Of a stretch of 64,000 bases of DNA, positions 48,150 to 57,809 are shown in pieces; the first letter of the stretch is position 1; every line of letters begins with the position of its first letter. A model generated the notes under the pieces. That model was not told the DNA's origin, ran no database searches, and saw only the letters and a list, made by a program, of their open reading frames with translations. Both the position numbers and the translations under genes were made by a program. Origin of the DNA: Bacteroidales bacterium (GTDB lineage: Bacteria > Bacteroidota > Bacteroidia > Bacteroidales > GCA-2748055). Where the stretch lies: positions 9,384-73,383 of the forward strand of contig JBBQAQ010000015.1 of NCBI GenBank assembly GCA_038316435.1, written 5' to 3'.

Positions 48150-49307
48150 TTAATAATGACACTTCATACAATCCGTTCCTCCTACCATTTCCACAGTAAC
48201 ACTGTCGATAACTCCCTTGTTCATCTTTTCAACCTTTTCCCTATACACCTCATAAAACTTGTTATCATGAAAATTCACCGCTTTCTCGCGATGGCAGCTG
48301 ATACACCATCCCATTGAAAGATCAGAAATCTGAGTAACCCTATCCATGGTTTGTATTTCTCCATGACATTTCTGACACGCCAATCCAGCTACACCAACAT
48401 GCTGAGAATGATTGAAGTACACATGATCCGGCAGGTTGTGGATTCTGATCCAGTCGATAGTTTCGCCGTTTTCATAAGCTTTAATAATTTTCGCAATCTC
48501 AAATGCTCCTGAACGAGTTCCGTTCCTCACAATAAGATGACAGTTCATGCACACGCTTGTAGCAGGAATGCCCGCCGATTTGCTGGTTTCAGCAGAACTA
48601 TGACAATATAGACAGTCGGTTCCGTTTTGACCGGCATGAACTTCATGCGAAAACTTAATTGGTTGATCAGGTGAATAGCCCTGAGAGCGGCCAATTGCCA
48701 TTGCATCTGTTACCAGAGAGTTTGTTATATAAATACCTCCACCTAAAAGAATGATCAGATGAACCCATTTGTATCGGAATTTTTTTATAATCGTCAAGTC
48801 TATAAGCGATACAAATAGCAGAAATGCGATAATGATAAAAATGATCCTGTTGTTATATGTTCTTTTTTCGGCTTTGAGACCATCAACCGCAAGCTTATCC
48901 ATAAAGGTCTTTATCATGGAAATATCTTCTTCCGAAAGGACAAATGCTTTATGAGCTTCCATCATTTTAGGAGACCTGGGTTTAAGCAGAGTATTGCTTA
49001 AGTCTTTAATAGTTTTGTCTTTGTACTTAACGGAAATCTCTGCTGCATTTGGATTCCAGTTTACAGTATCAATAAAACTAGTGTTATGGCAACCGGCACA
49101 ATTGATAGACGCGTCACTGTTATAAACCAGCCCGTAAAATAGTCGCTCACCTCTGATCAGGTTCTCACGTGAAGGTTCATGGGATCCAGCAACTGTTGCA
49201 GTATCTGATGCAGAACCCAAGGGGAAAAAAGCCGGGTTGAACATGAAAAAAAACAAACCGCAGAGGAATAAAGTCCTGCGAGATTTTCCGGCGATGTAAT
49301 TATTCAT
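48150..49307 (-). CDS. actA: Alternative complex III subunit ActA (multiheme cytochrome c) with six CxxCH motifs
   Basis: The heme motifs are CAGCH, CLYCH, CMNCH, CQKCH, CISCH and CMKCH. Two central TM helices separate the first motif from the other five. Confidence 0.85.
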   Translation of the reverse strand: MNNYIAGKSRRTLFLCGLFFFMFNPAFFPLGSASDTATVAGSHEPSRENLIRGERLFYGLVYNSDASINCAGCHNTSFIDTVNWNPNAAEISVKYKDKTIKDLSNTLLKPRSPKMMEAHKAFVLSEEDISMIKTFMDKLAVDGLKAEKRTYNNRIIFIIIAFLLFVSLIDLTIIKKFRYKWVHLIILLGGGIYITNSLVTDAMAIGRSQGYSPDQPIKFSHEVHAGQNGTDCLYCHSSAETSKSAGIPATSVCMNCHLIVRNGTRSGAFEIAKIIKAYENGETIDWIRIHNLPDHVYFNHSQHVGVAGLACQKCHGEIQTMDRVTQISDLSMGWCISCHREKAVNFHDNKFYEVYREKVEKMNKGVIDSVTVEMVGGTDCMKCHY

Positions 49308-49469
49308 TCCTGTGATTATTTAAGAGTATTGAAAAGTCCAGGTTAATGCATTTCTCAAAAATTGTAAAGAAATCCAAAGATATTAAATATAAAAAAAACA
49401 ATATCTGACAGGATTCTTATTTGGAACTTATTTAAAATCGAAAAATAATTCCTTACAAGTTATTCAAAA

Positions 49470-50090
49470 TCACTCAAATAAATAGACAAATCCTTTAAAC
49501 TCATTTAGAGGCTTACCGTTAAGTTGCTGAATGGTGTAAAAATAAATACCGCTTTTCACCTTCTGACCGGAAAGTGAGCGCCCATCCCACTCTATCGCTG
49601 GAGATTCGGATTTGTAGACCAAAGTTCCTGAACGAGTAAACACAGAAAAGGAATATGAACTAATTCCATTTGTTTCAACCATAAACCGGTCATTGATATT
49701 ATCATCATTTGGAGAAAATACATTTGGGAGATTAAGAGTGTCAGAACAATCTATAATTCTTACCATACTATTTTCAGTAATGGTGTATGAACCGTTTATA
49801 GTGCAGATTACATCGAATGTTCCCGGTAAATTATATAAAACTGAAGGTTTCATCTGAGTGCTTACTGCAGTCCAGTTACCAAAAACCCATTCAACGGAGG
49901 TAATAGTATCAAGTGCTGATGCAGGCTCAATGCGGAATGAAATTATTGAAGCGCTACAACTTGCAGTATCATCGGCCTGAATAGAAATTTGAGCAGTAAG
50001 GGCTGCTGAAATTAAAAGAAATGTAAATGCTAAGAACTGCTTCATCCGGCTTTTTGCATATGTAAAGATATTTATTCCGCTTAGTATCAT
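49470..50090 (-). CDS. Small secreted protein with a T9SS type-B (gliding-motility-associated) C-terminal sorting domain
   Basis: It has a signal peptide and a PKD-like middle region. The C-terminus shows NVFSPNDDNINDRF...G.LVY.......WDG......V.SGIYFY, matching the family pattern. Confidence 0.7.
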   Translation of the reverse strand: MILSGINIFTYAKSRMKQFLAFTFLLISAALTAQISIQADDTASCSASIISFRIEPASALDTITSVEWVFGNWTAVSTQMKPSVLYNLPGTFDVICTINGSYTITENSMVRIIDCSDTLNLPNVFSPNDDNINDRFMVETNGISSYSFSVFTRSGTLVYKSESPAIEWDGRSLSGQKVKSGIYFYTIQQLNGKPLNEFKGFVYLFE

Positions 50091-51191
50091 TTATATCTTC
50101 TCCGTCAATTTTTTCACAACTCTGAAATTATTAAAGAATTCTTTGGCAAAAACCCTTAAGATCGTATAAGATGGAATAGCCAGAATCATTCCGGTTACCC
50201 CGCCAATACTACCGGCCATCATTATTACAAGGAATATTTCCAGGGGATGCGCATGTACGCTGTTTCCGAAAATAAATGGCTGGAATATAAAATTATCTAT
50301 TGCATGAACTATAAGGTAAACAAGTACCATATACCCTACCATTGGTAGAAGGTTAACTATCCCCATGTCAATATGAAAGGCCATACCCATTAAAATTCCT
50401 AGTCCAGAACCAAATAAGGGTCCAAGGTAGGGAATGATATTCATAATTGCTGCAGTTAGTCCAATCAATAATGCCTGTTTAAAATCCAAACCGATAATTG
50501 TCATTCCAATGGTCACAAGTAATAGAATTCCGGTAAGTTGCCCACCAATCCCTATAAAATAACGAATCAGCAAACGGGTTGTCGATTCAAGTGCCCGCCT
50601 TACTGCAGGTTCGTGTTTATTAGGAACCAATAGAATTATGGCTTCTGTAACCATGCCTTGTTCTTGAAGAAAGAAAAATGTTATAAATGTTATTGAAAAC
50701 AGCGCAATAAAAAGATTACCAAGAATTTCAGCCAGCGTACTTACCATATCCGACAATATAGACACATCCAGAATATGCCTGATTTTACCGGTAATTATTT
50801 CTTCAAAACCCGGACTATTTGTTTCCCTTATCTGATACTTATCATATAAGACCTGAGCTTTATCAAGAGGTACCTGAAATTGAGCAATCAGACTGTCGGC
50901 CTCAATATTCGAAAGTGCATTCGCCTCTTTGGCAACAACGGGAATAAAAATCCAGAAAAACCCAACAAAAACCATATAAATGGCGCAAAGTGCTATAAAT
51001 GCTCTGATTGCAACCGGCAATCTAAATTTCCAGATATGTATCTTTCCCAGAAAACTCACAATCGGACTTCCCACTAATGCCAAAACAGCAGATATTATGA
51101 TATAAACCACAATACTGCTGAAAAACCAAAGCAGAAATACAATAAAGGCTAGGCCTAATCCAATTAATGTGAAACGGTAATTTTTACTCAT
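50091..51191 (-). CDS. AI-2E family transporter (PerM-like permease)
   Basis: The 366-aa protein is polytopic. The family-typical C-terminal half is present (IPYLGP..G......). Confidence 0.8.
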   Translation of the reverse strand: MSKNYRFTLIGLGLAFIVFLLWFFSSIVVYIIISAVLALVGSPIVSFLGKIHIWKFRLPVAIRAFIALCAIYMVFVGFFWIFIPVVAKEANALSNIEADSLIAQFQVPLDKAQVLYDKYQIRETNSPGFEEIITGKIRHILDVSILSDMVSTLAEILGNLFIALFSITFITFFFLQEQGMVTEAIILLVPNKHEPAVRRALESTTRLLIRYFIGIGGQLTGILLLVTIGMTIIGLDFKQALLIGLTAAIMNIIPYLGPLFGSGLGILMGMAFHIDMGIVNLLPMVGYMVLVYLIVHAIDNFIFQPFIFGNSVHAHPLEIFLVIMMAGSIGGVTGMILAIPSYTILRVFAKEFFNNFRVVKKLTEKI

Positions 51192-51203
51192 TGAGAAAAA
51201 TAA

Positions 51204-51404
51204 TTAACGAATATAAAAGAATATCCGGCTCAGTGCAATCTTTAGAGGAAAAATATAGATGTAAACACCAATGATTTGAAAAACCAACAGTCTATTTATA
51301 GTTGAGTTCCACCTTTTTCGGTCAGCTAAAATTTTAGGATCTTCAAGTGTATCCCAAGCCCAGGATAAACGATACTTTACTAAATCTTTCTTACTACCAG
51401 TCAT
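51204..51404 (-). pseudogene. HEPN-domain toxin remnant (N-terminal ~35 aa conserved, remainder unrelated)
   Basis: MTGSKKDLVKYRLSWAWDTLEDPKILADRKRWNSTINRL matches the HEPN N-terminal helix pattern. The expected YY..FYA... continuation is replaced by LVFQIIGVYIYIF.... Confidence 0.55.
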
Positions 51405-51598
51405 TTAATTCTAAATCCTTATTTTTGAATGTTCTCAAATAAAGGAGTAAACGAATGATGTTTTGTCCATTAAGTTTTGGAATAAATTAATGGAGAAAAA
51501 ACTTCACCTGTTTCAAGTTCTAATTCATAGAATTCATCCATGAGCTCTGTTTCAACTACTCTTATGATACCGAATCTTAATATAATTATTTTATGGTA
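51401..51598 (-). pseudogene. Nucleotidyltransferase (MNT-type antitoxin) remnant with two in-frame TAA codons and no N-terminal half
   Basis: My own translation gives ...RFGIIRVVETELMDEFYELELETGEVFSPLIYSKT*WTKHHSFTPLFENIQK*GFRIK*. The stops lie at 51470-51472 and 51419-51421. The terminal TGA overlaps the HEPN ATG (ATGA). Confidence 0.55.
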
Positions 51599-51750
51599 CT
51601 AAGTCAAAATTGTATAATTTTAAGCTTTTAATAATTATAGAAAATAACGCCAACAAGAGGCAAAGATTCAGAGAGTTACAGAGGTTTTTCTAATAATTTA
51701 AAATCCTCATTCCTTTGATTCCGTGATCCTTATGGCGGAAAAAACAAATT

Positions 51751-52545
51751 ATGAAGCAATATCTGGAACTGTTATCCCATGTGATGGATAAAGGAGTAGA
51801 AAAGAGCGATCGAACGGGCACAGGTACCAAATCAGTTTTTGGTTACCAGATGAGGTTTGATCTGAACGAAGGATTTCCTGTTCTGACTACAAAAAAACTT
51901 CACCTGCGGTCAATTATTTATGAACTTCTTTGGTTCCTCCAGGGAAACACGAATACAGCCTATCTGAACGAAAATGGAGTGAAAATCTGGAATGAATGGG
52001 CAAGTCCGGATGGTGAACTTGGAAAAATTTATGGATATCAGTGGAGAAGCTGGACAGCTGGCAATGGCAAGCATATCGATCAGATTTCGCAGGTTATAGA
52101 ATCAATAAAAAAGAATCCGGATTCAAGAAGACATATTGTTAGTGCATGGAATGTTGGAGACCTGGATCAAATGAACCTCCCACCTTGCCATGTTATGTTT
52201 CAATTTTATGTAGCCAACGGGAAATTATCCTGCCAGCTTTATCAGCGCAGTGCAGACATTTTCCTGGGTGTACCTTTTAACATTGCATCCTATGCTTTAC
52301 TGCTAAAAATGTTTGCACAAGTTACAGGACTTGAAACTGGCGAATTCGTTCATACTCTCGGTGATGCACATATTTATCTGAACCATATTGAGCAGGTGAA
52401 AACTCAGTTGGAACGCAAACCCCGTAAATTACCCAACATGATACTAAATCCATCGATAAATAATATTTTTGGATTCAAATTTGAGGACTTCCAACTTACT
52501 GATTACGACCCGCATCCACATATCAAAGGGGATATTGCCATCTGA
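51751..52545 (+). CDS. thyA: Thymidylate synthase
   Basis: It is near-canonical ThyA (DRTGTGT.S.FG, LPPCH..FQFYV, YQRS.D..LG.PFNIASY). Confidence 0.95.
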   Translation: MKQYLELLSHVMDKGVEKSDRTGTGTKSVFGYQMRFDLNEGFPVLTTKKLHLRSIIYELLWFLQGNTNTAYLNENGVKIWNEWASPDGELGKIYGYQWRSWTAGNGKHIDQISQVIESIKKNPDSRRHIVSAWNVGDLDQMNLPPCHVMFQFYVANGKLSCQLYQRSADIFLGVPFNIASYALLLKMFAQVTGLETGEFVHTLGDAHIYLNHIEQVKTQLERKPRKLPNMILNPSINNIFGFKFEDFQLTDYDPHPHIKGDIAI

Positions 52546-52616
52546 CCAAAAACGTAAATTTTCTGTTTTTGGCGAACGTATTTTAATCGATTTTTTAACT
52601 TTAATAAAATGTTGAC

Positions 52617-53123
52617 ATGTCGCAGATAAACAATAAAAATATTTCAATCATTGTAGCCATCGCAGAAAACAATGCCATCGGCAAAAACAACGACCTTTTG
52701 TGCAACTTACCCGACGACCTAAAACGTTTTAAACAAATCACAACCGGACACACCGTAATCATGGGTCGTCGCACGTTTCTTTCCTTACCAAAAGGAGTCC
52801 TTCCAAACCGCAGGAATATAGTTATTTCAGATGCACCGGACGAAACATTTGAGAACTGCATAATGGTCTCTTCGATAGGAGATGCGCTTAATGCCTGTGA
52901 TGATAATGACGAAAGCTTTATTATCGGGGGAGGAATGGTTTACAAACAGTTTTTGCCACATGCCCGTAAGCTTTACATTACCCGATTGCATAAAGAATTT
53001 GAGGGAGATACCTTTTTCCCTGAAATAAATTTCGATGAGTGGCAGGAGACTGAAAGAACTAAATTTCCAGCGGGGGAGAAAAATGATTTCTCTTATAGTT
53101 ATATTATCTACAAGAGGAAGTAA
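52617..53123 (+). CDS. folA: Dihydrofolate reductase
   Basis: The DHFR pattern is present (IVA...N..IG.NN.L....P.DLK.FK..T.G..VIMGR.T..S.P). It follows thyA. Confidence 0.9.
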   Translation: MSQINNKNISIIVAIAENNAIGKNNDLLCNLPDDLKRFKQITTGHTVIMGRRTFLSLPKGVLPNRRNIVISDAPDETFENCIMVSSIGDALNACDDNDESFIIGGGMVYKQFLPHARKLYITRLHKEFEGDTFFPEINFDEWQETERTKFPAGEKNDFSYSYIIYKRK

Positions 53124-53379
53124 ACCCAATGCGGGCGGCTTTTCCCGTTTGGTAAACTCATTTGTTTATAAGTATGTTTATTGTCTTTAGATACATCATC
53201 ATTGATAAAGCAATACCATAATGAATTAGGTGCCGAATAATTGGATTATAATAATGATTGCCCTGAATTGGAGTAATAATAGTTTCATTTAACCTTAACC
53301 ACATATAAATTCAATCATAAAGAACCATTTTCGGAAAAATTGCTTTATTTTGGTATCGACTTAACTAAAACAAATCTCT

Positions 53380-53916
53380 ATGAAAAAACTAATTCTTACC
53401 ATGCTTGTTATTTCTACAGCATTTTTTACTGTATATGGACAAAAAATAAAACTGGAAGTTGGCGTAAAAGCTCCAGATTGGAAATTCACTGATGCTGATG
53501 GAAAAGAGTTTTCAATGGCAACCTGGCCGGGAAAAGTTCTGCAATTGAACTATGTTGATCCTGACGTTTCTGACCTGAACGATGTATTCAATGACGCCGT
53601 TAAAAAAGCAAGAGAAGTTGACAACCGAATCAGTAGCGACAAATTCAAAGGGTTTGGTATTGTTGATTGCGAATCAACCTGGAAACCCAATTACCTGATC
53701 CGCACTATTGCCGGAGGAAAAGCAAAAAAATACGACACAACTATCTTATTCGATTATGAAGCTACTCTCCAAACTAATTGGGGATTGCCTATGGATAATT
53801 ACACCGTTGTAATTCTTGATAAAAACCGCGTTTGCCGCGCTCTCTACAAAGGTAAAATTCCTGATTCTGAAATTGAAACTATCATTAAGCTTATTATAAA
53901 ACTTGGTAGCGAATAG
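53380..53916 (+). CDS. Secreted thioredoxin-fold-like protein without a CxxC motif (YtfJ-like, tentative)
   Basis: It has a signal peptide. The N-terminus is AhpC/TSA-like (VGVKAPDWKFTDADGKEFSM..W.GKV), but no catalytic Cys is present at the expected position. Confidence 0.45.
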   Translation: MKKLILTMLVISTAFFTVYGQKIKLEVGVKAPDWKFTDADGKEFSMATWPGKVLQLNYVDPDVSDLNDVFNDAVKKAREVDNRISSDKFKGFGIVDCESTWKPNYLIRTIAGGKAKKYDTTILFDYEATLQTNWGLPMDNYTVVILDKNRVCRALYKGKIPDSEIETIIKLIIKLGSE

Positions 53917-54060
53917 GGAATATTAGCGCTCCAAAAGTAAATAAAGACACGAACACGCAGAGCGATTGTTGCTTGGGACGCTAAAGTGCAAAGTTAAATG
54001 ATTAACTCAAGGCATCATAGACCATCCAAACAACAGTCGCTTTTTGCTATATTCTTTCAA

Positions 54061-55419
54061 CTATACAATACCTTGAGATATCATGGCATTTGCCACTTTG
54101 ATAAATCCACTTAAATTAGCACCTTTCACATAGTTGATATACCCATTTTCCTGAGTACCATATTTTGCACAAGCAACATGAATATTCTTCATGATGCTTT
54201 GCAATTTTTGATCAACCTCTTCACGACTCCACTTCATCCGCATGGAATTTTGGGCCATTTCAAGACCAGAAACAGCAACACCTCCCGCATTAGCCGCCTT
54301 ACCAGGTCCAAATAATATTTTGTTTCCATGAAATATATGAACCGCTTCAGGGGTTGATGGCATGTTAGCACCTTCGGTAACACAGAAACAGCCATTATTG
54401 ATTAGTTTTTGCGCATCCTCACCATCCAATTCATTTTGAGTGGCACTGGGAAATGCCAGATCGCATTTGATACCCCATGGTCTCTGTCTGTCGAAATATT
54501 CTGCATTTGGATACTCTCGAACGTATTCACTTATTCGGCCCTTATACAAGTTCTTCAATTCCATAATGTATTCGAGTTTTTCAGGTGAAATACCCTCCGG
54601 ATCATGGATATACCCAGAAGAATCAGACATTGTAAGAACCTTACCTCCCAATTCGGTTACTTTTTGAGCAGTATATTGCGATACATTTCCTGAGCCACTT
54701 ATGGTTACCGTTTTACCTTTGATCGAATCGTTTCGTGTTTTGAGCATCTCCAGAGCAAAATAGGTTGCTCCGTAACCTGTTGCTTCAGGTCGTAAAGGAG
54801 ACCCTCCCCATTCGGAACCTTTTCCAGTAAATGTGCCGGTAAAATTATTAGATAAACGCTTATACTGACCATAGAAATAACCAATTTCACGACCACCTAC
54901 GCCTATATCTCCAGCCGGAACATCAGTATCGGAACCAATGTGGCGATAAAGTTCGTTTACAAGTGATTGACAAAATTTCATCACTTCCTGATCGCTTTTT
55001 CCTTTTGGATTGAAGTTACTTCCTCCTTTACCACCTCCCATAGGCAAAGAAGTCAGGCTATTCTTCAATACTTGTTCATATGCCAGAAATTTTAAAATGC
55101 TTTGGTTTACTGATGCATGAAAGCGCATGCCACCTTTATATGGACCGATTGCACTGCTCATTTGTACTCTATATCCGCGATTAACCTGAATATCGCCGTT
55201 ATCATCAATCCATGGAATACGAAAGGAAATGATTCTCTCAGGTTCTGTCATTCTCTCCAAAATTTTGTTTTTCAAGTAAATTGGGTTATCCATTACAAAT
55301 TCAGCGAGACTTTCTACTACTTCATGAACAGCCTGATGAAATTCTGGCTCATTTGGATTTTTTGATATCAAATCGGCCATAAATTTTTCTACGAACTCCT
55401 TTACTTTTAATGTTTCCAT
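54061..55419 (-). CDS. gdhA: NADP-specific glutamate dehydrogenase
   Basis: It is canonical GdhA (GPYKGGMRFH, LPMGGGKGG, and the GSGNV NAD(P) fold). Confidence 0.95.
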   Translation of the reverse strand: METLKVKEFVEKFMADLISKNPNEPEFHQAVHEVVESLAEFVMDNPIYLKNKILERMTEPERIISFRIPWIDDNGDIQVNRGYRVQMSSAIGPYKGGMRFHASVNQSILKFLAYEQVLKNSLTSLPMGGGKGGSNFNPKGKSDQEVMKFCQSLVNELYRHIGSDTDVPAGDIGVGGREIGYFYGQYKRLSNNFTGTFTGKGSEWGGSPLRPEATGYGATYFALEMLKTRNDSIKGKTVTISGSGNVSQYTAQKVTELGGKVLTMSDSSGYIHDPEGISPEKLEYIMELKNLYKGRISEYVREYPNAEYFDRQRPWGIKCDLAFPSATQNELDGEDAQKLINNGCFCVTEGANMPSTPEAVHIFHGNKILFGPGKAANAGGVAVSGLEMAQNSMRMKWSREEVDQKLQSIMKNIHVACAKYGTQENGYINYVKGANLSGFIKVANAMISQGIV

Positions 55420-55700
55420 AATTAATAATTAACGATTTAAAATAAATACTGCATTTTATGTTGTAATTTACACTATTCTGAGGACTTTATATTGCAATTA
55501 CAAAATATTTATAAAATATTCTTTAACTCATCATTCATTCCTCTTTCTTTGTCCGAAAACGAACACTCCTGTTCCAAAATCGTTCATATTTGTATTGATT
55601 ATAAATAGTCAATATATACATATCTAATTCATTATCTGTTTTTTATAAACTTTGGCACGCATTGTGTTAATATGTTTTCATAATCGTTAAAATAATCGAA

Positions 55701-56099
55701 ATGAAAACAAAATTATTCTATATCCTTTTTATCGCAGCATTCAGCTTAACTACTTTAAATACTTACGCTGATTGTAATAAAGGCAAAAAAGCAAACAAAC
55801 AGAAAAATCTTACTTCAGTTTCAAACATCATACTTACTGTTAAGGAAGCTGAGATGGAAATTGAAAGCTGGATGACTTCGCTGACTGAATTCAGTAACAA
55901 ATTCACGTCAATTAGTGAGGAGCCAATTCAATTGGAAGACTGGATGTTAAAAAGCTTTTCAATAAACAATACTAATGATTTTCAGGAAGAAGAAATAGTC
56001 CTTGAAGATTGGATGCTGGAATCTTTTGATGTAAAATCTCAGGAGATATTCATCGACGAGGAACTGGAATTAGAAACCTGGATGTGTAATATTCTGTAA
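55701..56099 (+). CDS. Small secreted acidic protein with four E-x-W-M repeats
   Basis: It has a signal peptide (..TTLNTYADC). The repeats are EIESWMTS, QLEDWMLKSF, VLEDWMLESF and ELETWMCNIL. Confidence 0.5.
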   Translation: MKTKLFYILFIAAFSLTTLNTYADCNKGKKANKQKNLTSVSNIILTVKEAEMEIESWMTSLTEFSNKFTSISEEPIQLEDWMLKSFSINNTNDFQEEEIVLEDWMLESFDVKSQEIFIDEELELETWMCNIL

Positions 56100-56135
56100 A
56101 CTTTTCTTTTTTTAGGTTTAAGTGGTTAGCGAAAG

Positions 56136-56170
56136 AGGGCATCCCGTGATGGGCTGCCCTTTTATTTTTT
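56136..56170 (+). terminator. Rho-independent terminator candidate between convergent genes
   Basis: The stem-loop AGGGCATCCCGTGATGGGCTGCCCT is followed by TTTATTTTTT. Confidence 0.55.
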
Positions 56171-57535
56171 AGCGGCATTATCATCAAACTCACCTTCCCA
56201 TCTGGCAATAACTGCACAGGCAAGACAATTTCCAATTACATTTACACTTGTGCGGGCCATATCGAGCAAAACATCAATTCCTAAAATGATCAAAACGGGT
56301 TCTACGGGAAGGCCGAAACCTGCCAAAGTACCCAATAGAATTACCAGAGAGGCTCTCGAAACTCCCGCCACTCCTTTGCTTGTGAGCATAAGTGTTAGTC
56401 CTATTGCTACCTGCTTTTCAATGGATAACTCAATTCCCGCTACCTGTGCAACAAAAATTGCTGCAAGCGATAAATACAAGGTTGAACCATCAAGATTAAA
56501 ACTATAACCGGTGGGGATTACGAATGAAACAATTTTTCGGGGTACGCCAAATTTTTCCATACTCTCCATTGCTGAGGGCAAGGCAGATTCTGAGTTTGAC
56601 GTCGCAAAAGCAATAGAAGCGGGTTCTGAAACCGCCGAAATAAATGCTTTTACCGGGATCTTAAAAAATAAAGCCACAGGCAATAAAACAGCAAGCAAAA
56701 AGACCAGCAAGGCTACATACAATGTCGCGAGTAGTTTAAATAATGCGAAAATGACATCGGTCCCCATGGTTCCTATCGCATAAGCAATAGCCGCAAAAAC
56801 AGCAACCGGTGCGAAATACATAACAATATTGGTAAATTTAAACATCACCTCGGCCAGACTTCCAGTAAATTTAAGCATCGGCTCCCTGTAAGTACTTTTC
56901 ACCATGGCCAGAGCAATCCCGAAAATAATGCTGAAAATAACAATCTGCAGAATGTTCCCTTCAAAAATGGCCTTCGCAAAATTCTCAGGGAAAATATGAA
57001 GAATAAATTCCGAAACCGTCTGGGCTTTTGCAGCAATTAGATTCGGAGAATCAGGCAATACGGGCAAATTCAGTCCCACTCCAGCCTTGGAAATATTAAT
57101 AGCAATCAAACCAATTATCAATGCAATTGTCGAGACAACTTCGAAATACAAAAGTGATTTCCAACCCATTCGGCCAACTTGCTTTAAATCGGCATGACCT
57201 GCAATTCCATTTACTAGAGTCGCAAATAGCAAAGGGGCAATTATTGTCTTAATAAGCCTGAGGAATATTTCTGTCAGAAAAGAGAGTTTTTGCGCAATAA
57301 GTGGAACGTCATAGCCAAACTCGGCACCTGCTACCAGACTAATAAGTATCCATGTTGTAAGAGATTTTTTCCGAACTGCAAAAACAATTAATGCAGCAAC
57401 GGTACTAATTCGTAAAACTGCTAATATCGAATCGTTTAACTCTAAAATTCCATAAATCTTTAAAACTGATGCGATAATAGTTACAGAAATAATACCAATA
57501 AGGAAATATCCATAAACTGCCCATACTTTCTTCAT
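56162..57535 (-). CDS. Dicarboxylate/amino acid:cation symporter (DAACS/GltP-DctA family)
   Basis: Family motifs are present (SSESALP-like NSESALPS, and PTGYSFNLDGS). Confidence 0.9.
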   Translation of the reverse strand: MKKVWAVYGYFLIGIISVTIIASVLKIYGILELNDSILAVLRISTVAALIVFAVRKKSLTTWILISLVAGAEFGYDVPLIAQKLSFLTEIFLRLIKTIIAPLLFATLVNGIAGHADLKQVGRMGWKSLLYFEVVSTIALIIGLIAINISKAGVGLNLPVLPDSPNLIAAKAQTVSEFILHIFPENFAKAIFEGNILQIVIFSIIFGIALAMVKSTYREPMLKFTGSLAEVMFKFTNIVMYFAPVAVFAAIAYAIGTMGTDVIFALFKLLATLYVALLVFLLAVLLPVALFFKIPVKAFISAVSEPASIAFATSNSESALPSAMESMEKFGVPRKIVSFVIPTGYSFNLDGSTLYLSLAAIFVAQVAGIELSIEKQVAIGLTLMLTSKGVAGVSRASLVILLGTLAGFGLPVEPVLIILGIDVLLDMARTSVNVIGNCLACAVIARWEGEFDDNAAKK

Positions 57536-57563
57536 GCTTGTAAGTTATAGATTCAAATCTATC

Positions 57564-57713
57564 TCAATTTCTGTAATTCTCTATCAATGCTGTGGCTAAA
57601 ATCTGTGTTGAGTCGATTAGTGGAATTCCATGATAAGAATCCCCACTTATTGCCAGCGGAATTTCCGAACATGCTAAAATCAGAGGACCGGCACCCCCAA
57701 CAATTCCAATCAT
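57564..57713 (-). pseudogene. Internally deleted Asp/Glu racemase family remnant (49 codons)
   Basis: My own translation gives MIGIVGGAGP|LILACSEIPLAISGDSYHGIPLIDSTQILATALIENYRN. The N-terminal GG.GP motif is fused directly to the C-terminal ..L.C[ST]E.P.. / IP.IDS segment of a family that normally runs to about 230 aa. Confidence 0.5.
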
Positions 57714-57809
57714 ACTTTAAGTTAAATTCACATCTCTTTGATTCACGAAAATACAACCAGCGTAAATGAAAAAACACAAATTAAGGTAAATCAATCCTAT
57801 GAAAATCAA

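Noticed and set aside
53124-53379. 56-codon minus-strand ORF (MWLRLNETIITPIQGNHYYNPIIRHLIHYGIALSMMMYLKTINILINK) between folA and the thioredoxin-like gene.
   Set aside because: I recognise no motif, no convincing translation signal, and it sits in AT-rich spacer. I could not support it as a gene.
57559-57777. Tracked ORFs 57559-57777 (-) and 57587-57769 (+).
   Set aside because: A different minus-strand frame gives a recognisable racemase remnant. The tracked frames have Trp/Cys/Ser-rich implausible translations.
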